Both the position numbers and the translations under genes were made by a program. Of a stretch of 64,000 nt of DNA, positions 46,990 through 60,300 are shown one piece after another (positions within the stretch are counted from its first letter, which is position 1; every line of letters begins with the position of its first letter). The DNA is taken from positions 12,586,001 through 12,650,000 of the forward strand of contig CM069158.1 of assembly GCA_035221665.1 (NCBI GenBank). Direction: 5' to 3'. The notes under the pieces were generated by a model. That model did no database searches and was not told the origin of the DNA. It was given only the letters and a program-made list of their open reading frames with translations. This DNA comes from Okamejei kenojei (Eukaryota).

Positions 46990-48080
46990 AGTAGAATCAT
47001 AGAATCATAGAAAATAGGTGCAGGAGTAGGCCATTAGGCCCTTCGAGCCTGCACCGCCACTCAATATGATCATGGCTGATCATCCAACTCAGTATCCTGT
47101 ACCTGCCTTCTCTCCATACCCCCTGATCCCTTTAGCCACAAGGGCCACATCTAACTCCCTCTTAAATATAGCCAATGAACTGGCCTCAACTACCTTCTGT
47201 GGCAGAGAATTCCACAGACTCACCACTCTCTGTGTGAAAAATGATCTTCTCATCTCGGTCCTAAAAGACTTCCCACTTATCCTTAAACTGTGACCCCTTG
47301 TTCTGGAGTTCCCCAACATCGGGAACAATCTTCCTGCATCTAGCCTGTCCAACCCCTTAAAAATGTGGTAAGTCTCTATAAGATCCCCCCTCAATCTCCT
47401 AAATTCCAGCGAGTACAAGCCGAGTCTATCCAGTCTTTCTTCATATGGAAGTCCTGCCATCCCAGGAATCAGTCTGGTGAACCTTCTCTTTACTCCCTCT
47501 ATAGCAAGAATGTCTTTCCTCAGATTAGGAGACCAAAACTGTACGCAATACTCCAGGTGTGGCCTCACCAATACCCTGTACAACTGCAGTAGAACCTCCC
47601 TGCTCTTGTACTCAAATCCTTTTGCTATGAATGCCAACATACCATTCGCTTTCTTCACAGCCTGCTGCACCTGCATGCCTACTTTCAATGACTGGTGTAC
47701 CATGACACCCAGGTCTCGTTGCATCTCCCCTTTTCCTAATCGGCCACCATTCAGATAATAGTCTACCCTCCTGCTTTTGCCGCCAAAGTGGATAACCTCA
47801 CATTTATCCACATTATACTGCATCTGCCATGCATTGGCCCACTCACCCAACCTATCCAAGTCACCTTGCAGCCTCCTAGCATCCTCCTCACAGCTAACAC
47901 TGCCCACCAGCTTCGTGTCGTCCGCAAATTTGGAAATGTTGCATTCAATTCCCTCATCCAGATCATTAATATATATTGTATAATATAATATAGACACAAT
48001 GTTAATGTGGATAGCTGGGGTCCCAGCACCGAGCCTTGCGGTACCCCACTAGTCACTGCCTGCCATTCTGAAAATGACTC
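46990..48080 (-). mobile_element. CR1/HER1 LINE, 5' truncated, RT domain C-half
   Basis: Translates to VTSGVPQGSVLGP, IYINDL, SKFADDTKL, LQGDLDRL, LVRPHLEYCVQFW (ORF 47089-47997). A short AT-rich insertion/duplication lies at about 47980-48010. Confidence 0.95.
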
Positions 48081-50471
48081 GTTAGTGTAGGAAGGAACTG
48101 CAGAGGAAGTGTCTCGACCCGAGCCGTCACCTATTCCATTTCTCCAGAGATGCTGTCTGACCTGCTGAATTACTCCAGCATTTTGTTTCTATCTAAGGAA
48201 CTGCAGATGCTGGTGTACACCGAAGATATAAGATGCTTCCCAAGATGGCGCCCAAACCAGGCGACTATTTGCGTGCTAGCTTCAGACGCCGACACGCTAG
48301 CTGTGAATGGCTCGATTGTAAACATGTTTTGTCTTTCTGCCGACTGGTTAGCGTGCAACAAAAGCTTTTCACTGTACCTCGGTACACGTGGCAATACACT
48401 AAACTAAAAATGAAAGATAGACACAAAATGCTGGAGGAACTCAGTGGGTCAGGAAGCATCTCTGGATAGATGAGCTGTTTGCAAAAAAAGTTTTTCACTG
48501 AAAAAAAAAGTTTTTTTCACTGTACCTTGGTACACATGAAAATAAATAAACCATTGACCCATTGAACTGTGTAACAGGTCAAGGTTTACTTTGTAATCCA
48601 TCATCTCATCCCCCTTTGTGGGGAACTGATTGTGAAAGGCAGAGGAAGGAAATTGGACTGGAAATGGGCTGCCGTAAATATCCCAGCTCAGTGGCTGGGC
48701 AGGAATCCCGGGAGACAAGTGGCACGTATGCATTCCTCTCATTCAGAGACGGGGAATCAGGAACCTCACAGATGGCTGGTGACAGAATTACAAATAGCTC
48801 AAAGCACAAGTGCTGACTGCAGTTCATCAGCGACTAAGCGATGGGGAGACCAACTATGCTGAGCATCAAGATAATGGCTTCGCTACAATGGAGTCATTCG
48901 CATTTCTTTAGTCCTCCAGAGTCCTCACTTGTGCACTGGGCTCTGTCAGGCACGACTGATATCGATTTCGCAGAGGGTGCATTCTATCTGAGTGTGGAAC
49001 GTTGCAGGACAGACAGGCATGCAGCAATGCAGATAATGCATATCAGTGGTGGCACGAAATGCTGGAGCAACTCAGTGGGTCAGGCAGCATCTCTGGAGAA
49101 AAGGAACATGTGACATTTCTGGTCGAGACCCTTCTTCAGTCCTTCTTCAGCCGCTGGGTCTGAAGAAGGGCCTTGACCCGGAGCGTCACCTAACCCTTTT
49201 CCTCAAAGATGCTGCCTGACGCGCTGAGTTACTCCGGCATTTTGTGTCTATCTTCAGTGTAAGCCAGCATTTTCAGTTCCTTCCTTCACACCAACCATTT
49301 AGTTGGGGTTCCACTGGATGACCAAGAGTGGACATTGACAGCTGAAACTGTTGTGTAGTTCCAGAGCCAGGACACAATGCCCTCTATATTCTGCTCAACT
49401 GGACATAGACATCAAATCCCAGGGACAATCTGACAGAAAGCAAATGCTGGGGCAAGAGGCGCAGCTGGACCAAGTGGCGCAGAGGAAACAAGACCCTTCC
49501 TCTGCAGACCCTTCCTCTGCAGTAGAGGAACTGTTTCACAGCACCAGAGACCCAGGTTCGATCCTGACTATGGGTGCGTTCTGTGCGGAGCTTGTACGTC
49601 CTCCCTGTGACCGCGTGGGTTTGCTCTAGGTGCTCTAGGTTTCCTCTCACATTTCAAAGAAGTACAGGTTTGTTGGTTAATTGGCGCCAGTAAATTGCCC
49701 CTAGTGTGTAGGATGCGAAACTGGTGTAATATAGAACACGTGTATACACCTGCACTAGTAATATAGAACTAGCGTGCAGGGTGATCGATGGTTGACATGG
49801 ACTCGGTGGGCCAAAGCGGCCAATTCGGGAATTCCAAGCCGCTGAGTGTGTCCCAACGTCGGAGTTCCGATCATCCCGGCGAGAGGGCCTGTACATCGGG
49901 CCATCCGTAGCGGCGACTGCGGAGGGTTCTAGGCACCGACCACGGGTGAACAAAAGGAGGAAGAGTGGCTGAAATTTATTGTCTTCCATCACAGTGAGAA
50001 ATGTTGATTCCACTGTGGTGGATGTTTATGTTAAATTCTGTTGTGTATTGTGTTCTTTTTATTCGTATGGCTGTATGGTAACTCAAATTTCGCTGCACCA
50101 ATTGGCGTGTGTGACAATAAATGTGAACTTGAACTTGAAGAGCCTATGGCCACGCTGTATCTCTGTATCTCGGTAAGTTGGCTAGAAACTCTCAGATGTT
50201 CTATGTACGTTCTCCACTGTGGCAATGTGGATGGAGTAATGCAGCTCGTTTGCCAGCGAAATGCAGGGTCAGGCATGAAGCAAGATGATCCACTTCTCTA
50301 GAGTTTTCAATAGAAGAACTTGCAAATAATTCCATATGGACCAGGTTCATAGCACCCAGCCACTGGAGGGCAACTGTTAAAAACAGCACAAAGAGTGGGG
50401 AAAACACGGTCCTATAATAGAGGCACAAGGAACTGCAGATGCTCGTTTAGAAAAAAAAAAGATGCAGATTG

Positions 50472-51506
50472 TAGCAATGTTACAACATTTTGAGATTTAA
50501 AAAATCAAGTCTGCAATTTATCCCATCAGATAAAGCATAAAACGAAGTTTAATTTGACACCTAATTCACTTTCATATCTTCAGTATAAAAAAAGTTATGG
50601 CCATTTTCGTACTCGGAAATTAGCATCTTGTTCCCATTGCCTTTCCATTGACTTAACACAAAAGCTGTGATCTAGGACAGTCAAAAGCCCATAACTTTCT
50701 TAAAAATTAAGAGAACTCAATGAAATTTTCAGTTATTATAGATTGAAGCATTCTGAAACAATCTTCCTTGGATGACCTGAAATTAAAGCATATAATTAGT
50801 TAGTTATCTAATTGTAGCTAATTACAAAATTCAATTACTAGATCTAAACATCTATCCATTTCTTAAGAAATGATAAACATTATTAAATTGCCTAAGTGTC
50901 CAAATAACTTTCACACAATAATCCACAATATAACATGATTTTTAAATCTCATTTTCATGTATTTATAGGCCAAATGGAAGGAATTTAGTGTTTAATGCCT
51001 GTAAATTAATGGTCACTTAAATCAACTAGCGAGTGGGTTTTAGTGGAACGCGGTGGATTGGAACGTTGCGGTTTGCGGTGAATTTAACCCACAGTCGGCA
51101 GGGAAAATACTGCCGGTTCATACATTTTTTTTGGTCCCCTTTTCGCAACATGAAAATTTGATTAAATGCTTCCTAAGAACTACGTTTTTATGTAAAAATA
51201 AACCGTGTGCCTTCTTTTATCGCCTACGTTAGGTCCGTTCTGCTGTCGGCGTTCAGAGCTTTAGAAGATGATTTTTAAACTACTCTAGTTAATAAATAAT
51301 CTAGCGTAGTTTAAAAATAGCTTCATGAATGAAATGTCGGAGCGATTTCTCTTTAGCGACAAAATCGCCCGACTTGGATCGATTTGGACCGTCTAGGGAA
51401 AAACGGCATTTTAAACGCGTCCCCCCCTCTGAAAGGCGCCAAAGCCGCGCACACGGGGAGCGGCAGAACTGCAGCGGCACTCAAGGTAAGTTTTGTAACA
51501 CACCTA
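50472..51506. mobile_element. Unclassified non-autonomous DNA transposon (TAG..CTA ends) inserted in a Penelope repeat
   Basis: Imperfect TIR TAGCAATGTTACAA versus TAGGTGTGTTACAA (reverse complement of the right end). AGATTG occurs on both sides (50466-50471 and 51508-51513). The host repeat GGAACTGCAGATGCT..|..CTGGAGTAACTC is split. Confidence 0.7.
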
Positions 51507-51834
51507 GAGATTGCTGGAGTAACTCCGTGAGTCGGGCAACATTTCTGAAGGGCATGGGTAGGCTATGTTTCCAGTCAGAACCCATCTTCAGACTGATTGT
51601 ATGGGGGGGGGGGTGGGGTGGTGGGGGGAACTGAGAGGAGAAGGGGTGGGACAATGCCTGGCAAGTGATAAGTGGATACAGTTGAGGGGGGTTTGATTAG
51701 CGGATGGTTGGAGAAAGGCCAGAGACAAAAATAAGTGAAATGAGGAGAGAAGAGGCAAGAGCTGGAGCAGCCTTTGACAGGGCTTTTGAGGGTTCCAAAA
51801 CCCAGACTCATCATTGCAGAGCCTCTCCGTGGTC

Positions 51835-52055
51835 AGTGGTGGTGAATCTGTGGAATTCTTTGCCACAGAAGGCTGTGGAGGCCAAGTCAGTGGATATTTT
51901 TAAGGCAGAGATAGATAGCTTGTTGATTAGTACATGTGTCAAAGGGTATGGGGAGAAGGCAGGAGAATGGGGTTAGGAGGGAGAGATAGATCAGCCATGA
52001 TTGAATGGCGGATAGACTTGATGGGCCGAAAGGACTAATTCTACTCCTTTTCCTT
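51835..52055 (+). mobile_element. CR1 3' fragment
   Basis: Translates to VVNLWNSLPQKAVEAKSVDIFKAEID. Confidence 0.85.
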
Positions 52056-52284
52056 ATGATCAGTCTGTCTCCAGCTGCATGATCAGACTGCCTTATAGTG
52101 CAGCTTGGTGGCTCAGCTGTAGTTGCTGCCTTACAGCCCCAGAGACCCGGGTTTGATCCTGGCTCCGGGTGCTGTCCGTTCCGGGTTTGTACGTTCTCCC
52201 TGTGACCGCGTGGGTTTCCTCCGGCTCCGGTTTCCTCCCGCTTTCCAAAGATGCACAGGCTTGTGGGTTTAACTCTGGTTAACT

Positions 52285-53120
52285 CGCAGACGACACCACA
52301 GTAGTGGGCCGGATATCAAATAATGACGAGATGGAGCACAGGAAGGAGATCGAGAACCTCGTAACCAGGTTCCAGGACAAACAACCTCTTCCTCAATGTC
52401 AGCAAGACAAAGGAGATTGTGATTGACTTCAGGATCCCACATCCATAGATGGTGCCAAAGTAGAGATGGTTGAACGCTTCAAGATCTTAAGAGTTAATAT
52501 CATCAGCAATGTGTTCTGGACCAGCCATATCGAAGCAATCGCCAAGAAAGCAACCAACACCTCTACTTCCTTAGAAGGCTTAGGAAGTTCAGCAAGTGCC
52601 CTACAACCCTCACCAACTCCCACAGATGCGCCGTAGAAAGCATTTTATCGTGCACCACAGCACGGTTGGCAACAGCTCCATCCAAGACCGCAAGGAATTG
52701 CATAAAGGCAGCGTAAAATCTACACATCACGCTGCCTCGGCAAGGCCACCAAACGTAATGACAAGGCCACCAACCTGATCACTCCCTCTTCTCCCCTCTC
52801 CAGCAAGAGGTCTAAAACACATACCTGATTCAAGGACAGCTTCTTCCCAGCTGCTATCAGGCAACGAAACAGTCAGTCTCATCAGCTGGAGAGCGGTCCT
52901 GACCTACCATATACTTCCTTGGAGAACTCCAACTATCTTTAACTGGGTTTTACAGGACTTTATTTTGCACTAAACGTTATTCCCTGTTTTGCTGTATCTG
53001 TACACTGGAAGGCTGATTGTAACCATGTATACACTTTCCACTCTCTGGATCGCGCGCAACAAAAAGGTTTTTTAGTGTACCTCGGTACGTGTGACAATAA
53101 TAAACTGAACTAAACTAACA
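52285..53120 (+). mobile_element. Rex1/Babar-type LINE, RT C-half plus 3' UTR (decayed)
   Basis: Translates to ADDTTVVGRISNNDE..RKEIENL, LNVSKTKEIVIDFR, RLYFLRRL. Its 3' UTR CTGTACACTG..GTACCTCGGTACGTGTGACAATAA(TAAAC)n also occurs alone near 8735, 17085, 37320, 45497, 48295 and 53405. Confidence 0.85.
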
Positions 53121-53514
53121 ACAACCTGCTGATTTTATTGCCAGCCTCAAACACTTCTTCTTTGCATGTGCTTTCAATCTGAACCTTCTTCGTGGTTAGA
53201 ATTCCCCAAGTGTCTTTATAAACCAACAACACTTCTATCACGACTGTTAGTTAATGAGAAATATCCATTGCCTTCCGCCAACCAGTCGACTGGCTACATG
53301 TGGCAAACAGCAGCAACAGGGTGATGACCAGGCATTTTTGAATTGTTTGTCTAATGCCACAGTTTCCACTCTGAATTTCCAACCACAAAATAACGCTGTG
53401 CCCAGGTTAGTTTAGTTTATTGTCACATGTACCGAGGTACAGTGAAAAGCTTTTGTTGCGTGCGATCCAGTCAGCGGAAAGACAATACATGATTACAATA
53501 GAGCCATTCTAGCC

Positions 53515-54260
53515 AAATCTGGAAGTGGCGGCGCTGCCCAAGCCTGCAGTCCGTCTGTCTTTCCTTTTTTTGTTTTCTTTTTGTCTTGTTCGATGTATGT
53601 TTTAGTCTATTTTTAGTTGTGTATATGTGAGGGGTGGGGTAAACTCTTCCTTCAACGGGGATGCGACCTTTTCCTTGTCGTATCTTCGTCTCCGTCTGCG
53701 CTGAGGCCTAATATCGTGGCGCTGGCGGCCTCCAACTAGAATCGACCTCGGGGGCTCCGGTGGCAGAGCCTGTGGACTCACCATCGTGGAGCTGGCTGAC
53801 TTTGGAGCCTGTGGTGGCGCTGTGACTGCGACCCGACTTCGGAGCTTCAGAGGCTTCAGCCGCGAGCCCTGTGGACGGTAACATCGGGAGCTCGCAGGTC
53901 CCGGGTTGGTGACCGATTTTCGGGAGCTCCCGCAACAGCAGCTTCGTCCGCCCCGAGCCGCAGAGTTTGAATCGGCCCGTTGGCGGAGCTTGAAATCGAC
54001 CGCGGGATTTACCATCACCCGGCGGGGGCTACAACGTCGAGACCCTCGATCGCATCGCAGCAGGAGAACAAGCAAGGAAGAGATAAGACTTTTTGCCCTC
54101 CATCACAGTGAGGAGGTGCCTGGAGATTCACTGTATGGATGTTTGTGTTAAATTGTGTTCATTGTGTGTTTTGTTGCTTTTTTTCTGTGATGACAGCATG
54201 GTACAAAATCCAGTTCACACTTGTTTGAATGACAATAAAGGTTATTCAATTCAATTCAAT
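53515..54260 (+). mobile_element. GC-rich non-coding non-autonomous retroelement
   Basis: Begins near GGAAGTGGCGGCGCT and ends TGACAATAAA plus (ATTCA)n. It splits a Rex1 3' UTR copy (GAGCCATT|TACAGTGTACAG). Confidence 0.65.
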
Positions 54261-55547
54261 TTACAGTGTACAGATACATGACAAGGGAATAACATTTCGT
54301 GCAAGGGTAAGCCAACAAAGTCCAGTCAAGGACAGTCCGAGGGTCACCAATGAGGCAGGCAGTAGTTTGGGACTGCTCTCTGGCTGTGGTAGGATGGTAG
54401 GATTTGTGTGCATGTGACAATAAAGTATTTTGATGTTACCCAGCATTATGTGCCTATATCCAATATTATAGCCCTTAATATTAGTTTGATGTATTTGGGC
54501 TTCTCCGGTATTTTCTGTTGTTTTTCCAATGTTTCCAATGCTTGTGATTGTCGCTTCCTGTCATGGAGTCATTCTGAAGACATAACGAACTGCAGAAGCT
54601 GGTGTGCAAAAAATGACGCAAAGTGCTGGAGTAACTCAGCTGGTCAGACAGCATCTCTGGAAGACATGAGTGAACTGGTGGTGAGTCTGTGGAATTCAAT
54701 GCCACAGAAGGCTGTGGAGGCCGTCAATTAATGTTTTTAAGGGAGAGATAGATAGATTCTTGATTAGTATGGGTGTCTGGGGTTATGGGGAGAAGGCAGG
54801 AGTACGAGATTAAGAGGGAGAGATAGATCAGTCACGATCGAATGGCGTAGATTTGATGGGCTGAATGGCCTAATTCTGCGATTACTAATGAACTTATAAA
54901 ACTTTGCCCTTATTTTCTATTTCACTTTCTTCCTAGTCTTAAGCAACCAGCTCCTTCAAAGCAAGGAGCAACACTAAAGGGACCATTGTTAATGGGTGTT
55001 TATTACTAAGAATTGACATGTGAACTGGCGAAGATTTCTTTATCTATTATGGAACGTGTCTTTGTTACATTTAGGTTACATGGATGAAGTGTAAAACACC
55101 CAAATTAGCACTTGAAAAGTCAGTGGCCCCATGATTAATTTTATGAGGATTGGTTTACAGACATCTTGTTAAAAAAAAAGTACTTGACCTCTTTAATGCG
55201 TTAATGAGGAGTCAATTGGCAGTTTAAGGTCACATTTAGAAAAATAGTTATTACTTAGCAGGATATAAAAGTTCACCACCCAAGTTAAATTCTCATTGAA
55301 TCTGGGGTACTTTTAAATCCATTTTTTGGGACCTAGTCCTCTCTGGCAATGACCGGCTGTTGTTTCAGGTCCCCAGTTGCCTTTGCAGTGCAGGTAGGCT
55401 GCCCTCCAGAACTCCCTCAGTCCTTGTGGCGAAGGTCCTCTCACAGTGGGGAGAATGGCCCAGGATTTAGACTAGGCAGTGAGGCAGGAGAACAAAATGT
55501 CTTCAAGCCAGGATGTCGATTGACCAAGTGGTTAAACTAACAGTGTT

Positions 55548-55775
55548 TCCAATCTGTGGAATTCTCTGTCTCAGAAGGCAGTGGAGGTCAATTCTCTGGA
55601 TGCTTTCAAGAGAGATTTAGATAGAGCTCTTAAATATAGCGGCATCAAGGGACATTGGGAGAAGGCAGGAACGGGGTACTGATTGGGGATGATCAGACAT
55701 CATCACAGTGAATGGCGGTGCTGGCTCTAGGGGCCGAAGGGCCTACTCCTGCACCTATTGTCTATTGTCTATTGT
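55548..55775 (+). mobile_element. CR1/HER1 3' end
   Basis: AATCTGTGGAATTCTCTG through to CCTGCACCTATTGTCTATTGTCTATTGT. Confidence 0.85.
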
Positions 55776-56627
55776 CACCCCCTTGATGTCCTTACCATTC
55801 TTGGTGGTAGAGGTTGCAGTTTTGAAAAGTGGTGTTGGAATTGCCCTATTAAGTAACTTCAGTTCCTTTTTCAGACATTGCACACTGTACACAGGTAGTG
55901 AAAGGGATAAATATTTAGGGGGTTAAATGCGATGGCATTCAACAATCTCCTTTGTCCTAGATGGACACAAGATGCTGGAGTAACTCAGCGGGTCAGGCAG
56001 CATCTCTGGTGAAAAGGAATAGGTGACATTTCAGGTCGAGATCCTTCTTCAGACTGAGGACCAGCATTCTCCAGGGAGAGTTACTCTAGCATTTTGTGTC
56101 TATCTTCAGTGTAGACCAGCATCTGCAGTTCCTTCCTATGCACTTTCTGTATGAGGTGTTTGACTCCAGTCATAAGAGTGTTTTCCCCTTGATGTCCGTT
56201 GCCAGGTTTACCAGAGTAGCATCTGCCGTTCGAGTGCCGCCTAGATGTTGAGGGCATGCACTCTCACCTCATCTCTGGAACTCTGCCTTTTGACCCACGT
56301 TTGGAACAAGACTGTAATGATATACAGAGCCAAGGGATCCTGATAAAACTCAAACTGGTCATCAACGAGCAGCTTATTAGTGAATAAGTGTGGACTGACA
56401 GCATTTTGATGACAGCATCTGTTACTTTACTGATAATTACATGTGGCCAGGTTAGATGGAAATTCCCTCGATTGGACTCTGCTTTTCGGTGAACAGCCAA
56501 ACCTCTCCCAGTATCAGGTAGATGCAACACAGAAACAGGGGGTGCAGCTTGTGCTGGGGGAGTCTATCAACTTTCATAAAGAAACTGTGGACCCAAACTT
56601 GTATTCATCCTTATTTTCACATGCATC

Positions 56628-56985
56628 CTCTATCTCTCTCTCACCCTCCCTCTCTCTCTCTCCCTCTCTATACCCCTCACTCCCCCCACTCTTCCCCTAT
56701 CTCCCCTCTCTCCCTCGTTTCTCCCTCCCTCACCCACCCTCTCCCCCCTCTCTCCTCTCTCTCCCTCCTCTCTCTCAACTCCCCTCTCTATCCCCCTCTC
56801 CCTCCCTATCTCTCTCTCCTTCATCTTGTGTTCTCTCTCTCTCTGACCATCCTTTCTCTCTTTTTCTCTCTCTCCCCCCTCTCTCTCTTCCTCTATCTCA
56901 CTCTCTCTCTGTCCTCTCCCTCCCCCCCCCTCTCTTTCTCTCCTTCCTCTCTCCTTCCTCTCTCTCCTTCCTCTCTCTCCCATCT
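56628..56985. repeat. CT-rich polypyrimidine low-complexity tract
   Basis: About 350 bp that is almost purely C and T. The overlapping ORFs are artefacts. Confidence 0.95.
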
Positions 56986-57362
56986 ACATCCCACGCATGG
57001 TCTGAACACTTTGACTGAAATCTGACCCTGTAAAATAAAAACCATCATCTGATGTGTTTGAAGCAAGCGATTCTAATGCTGGCATCTGATACCCGGAGCT
57101 GAAGAGCTGATTTTTTTTTTTTATATTTCAAAATATACTTTATTCGAATGATAAATATACACGATACATTAACCTTGCGGAAAATCCATCCGACATTTTC
57201 GGAGGCTGTACAATAGATCAATACAGTTTAGACATTTTTCTTTTTCCCAAGTTTCCACAAATCAGTCCCCCACTCATGCCACAATGGCGTGGGATACCTT
57301 CCCTTATATTGAGGGGCGTCTCCACAATACTGTACCCCCCCATGTCCAGCAGCGGAAGGGCG

Positions 57363-60300
57363 TTAGACTGTGGCCCTCCCCCACCGAGCCTTGGCGTTGG
57401 CTGCACCGAGCTTCAGTGCGTCCCTCAGCACGTACTCCTGCAGTCTGCAGCGGGCCAGTCGGCAACATTCCCTGACGGACATCTCGCTCTGCTGGGTGGT
57501 GAACAATGCTCGGGCAGACCAAAGGGCGTCTTTTACCGAGTTGATGACCCTCCAGCAGCACTCGATGTCAGTCTCTGAATGTGTCCCTGGGAACAGTCCG
57601 TAAATCACAGAGTCCTCTGTGACGGAGCTGTTCGGGATAAAGCGTACCAGGGACCCTTGCATTTTTCTCCAGACTCTTTTAGCAAACCCACACTCTGTGA
57701 AGAGGTGGGCAACCGTCTCCTCGCCATAGCAGCCGTCCCGAGGGCAGCGTGCGCTGGTAGTGAGGTTCCGACGGTGCAGGAAGGATCTGACTGGGAGGGC
57801 TCCCCTCACCGCCAGCCAAGCCAGGTCTTGGTGCTTGTTGGTGAGTTCTGGCGATGAGGCATTTTGCCAGACGAGCTGGGCAGTCTGCTCAGGGAACCAC
57901 GCCACCGGGTCCATAGAGTCCTTTCCCTGCAGTGCCTGCAGGACATTCTGTGCTGACCACTGCCCGATGGACATGTGGTCAAAGGTGTTGGTCCGGAAGA
58001 ACCCTTCCACCGACGACAGATGGGGCGGCAATGTCCAGCTGACTGGCACATTGCGTGGCACCTGCGCCAGGCCCATCCTTCTCAACACCGGGGACAGGTA
58101 GAACCTCAGCAGGTAGTGACACTTGGTGCCCAACGTGCCTTGGCTCTACACTCCGCCTGATGCAGCCACACACGAAGGTGGCCATCAGAATGAGGGCGAC
58201 GTTGGGCACGCTTTTACCCCCGTTGTCTGCCGACTTGTACATTGTAGCCCGTCGCACCCGGTCCATCCTCGACCCCCAGATGAAGTGGAAGATGGCCCGG
58301 GTGATCCCCGTGGCGTATGAGGGAGGGACAGGCCACACTTGTGCCAAGTTACAGCAGCCCCGAGAGCACCTCACACCTGATGACCAAATTCTTTCCCGTT
58401 ATGGAGAGGGAGCGTTGCCTCCACAGCTCCAGCTTCCTCCCCACCCTGGCTATCCGCTCCAGCCAATTTTTGTTACATGCCTCAGCCCCCCCCGAACCAG
58501 ATCCCCAGCACCTTTAAGAAGTCAGGCTTGATGGTGAAGGGGACGGAAGATCTGTCAGGCCAGTTGCCAAAGAGCATGGCCTCGCTCTTCCTGCGGTTCA
58601 CCCTGGCTCCCGTGGCCGACTCAAACTGGTCGCAGATACTAATCAGTCTGCGAACCGACCCTGGATCCGAGCAGAAGACAGCGACATCGTCCATGTACAG
58701 GGAGGTCTTTACTTGAATGCCCCACTGCCTGGCAATGTCACTCCTCTTATGCCCGCATCCTTCCTGATGGATTCAGCAAAAGGTTCAATACAGCAGACAA
58801 ACAAGACAGGAGAGAGAGGGCAACCCTGCCTAACTCCAGACCTTACAGGGAAACTGTCTGATTCCCACCCATTGATTTGGACTGCACTACGGATGTTGGT
58901 GTAGAGCAGTTTGATCCAATTCCTGATTCCCTCCCCAAAACCCATTTTGGAGAGCACGTCCCTCATGTACGTGTGCGAAATCCTGTCGAAGGCCTTCTCC
59001 TGGTCCAAGCTGACTAGGCAGGCATCCACCCGTCTGTCCTGCACGTAGGCGATGGTATCTCTCAGCAGCGCTAGGCTGTCTGAGATTTTCCTGCCAGGTA
59101 CAGCACAGGTTTGGTCCGGGTGGATCACCTGTCCCAGAGCAGACTTGACCCGGTTGGCGATGGCCTTGGGACAGGATCTTGTAGTCCCACATTCAAGAGT
59201 GTTATGGGTCTCCAATTCTTTATGTCCTTCATCTCCCCCTTCTGCTTGTAGATTAGGGTGATGTTGCCCTTCCTCATGGAGTCTGACATGCTACCAGCCA
59301 GAAGCATGTCGTTGTACACTTCTAGCAGGTCCGGGCCCATCCAGTCCCACAGAGCCAAATACAACTCAGCCGGTAAGCCATCGCTTCCGGGAGTTTTATT
59401 CGAGTCAAAGGAACGGATGGAGCCAGTCAGCTCCTCTAGGGTCAGTGGTTGGTCCCGCTTGCTCTCTCCCCGCTTGCTGTCCTCCAAGACCTCCGTGATT
59501 GAGGACAGGAAGTTCTGGGAGGAGGTACTGTCTGTGGTCTTTTGGTCATACAAATCTGTGTAAAAGGATTTGCAGATCCTCAGCACGTCTGTCTGTGAGG
59601 ATGCTACCGTGCCGTCCTCCTCCCTAAGGCTGTTCATCACAGAGCTCCCCCTGTGAACCTTATGGAAGAAGAAACGTGAGCACGTCTCATCCTGCTCCAC
59701 ATGGCGGACCCTAGATCGGAAGATGATCTTGGAGGATTCAGAGGTGAAGAGCTGAGCTTGCCGGTCCTTCAACTCTCTAAGTTCCTCCCTCACATCCACC
59801 CCGCTCGACTGCAGAAGGAGCAGTTGCTGCAAATCTGTCTGGAGTTGGCACAATTCCTCTGACTCTGTCTTGCTCTCTGAACCCCTTTAATTATGAAGAA
59901 CCTCTTAATGTTCTCCTTGGTTGCTTCCCACCAGAGTGTGGGGGAGTCAAAGAGGGGCTTCACCGTTCTCCAACATGCGTAGTCCTCTTTAGCTCCTCGA
60001 CATTCTCTGGGGTCAACAGTTTCGTGTTTAACTTCCACGTCCCTCTGCCTGCCTTCCGGTCCTCCCGTAGGTGACAGGAAGCCTGAAGTAGGCAGTGGTC
60101 GGAGAAGAACACTGGCGTGAGGTCAGTGTGTCTCACCGTGACGGCCTTCGTCGTGAAGACGAAGTCTATCCGGGATCGGGCTAAAACCGTCCGATCTCGA
60201 CCAAGTGAACTGCGGCTGGGACCCGCCTGCAGGGTCGCTGAAGGCGTCACGCAGCTTTGCGTCTTTTACCATCTCCATCAGAAACTTGGACGTGCTGTCC

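Noticed and set aside
56443-57025. Long S/L/P-rich and E/R/G-rich ORFs
   Set aside because: These are translation artefacts of the CT-rich tract.
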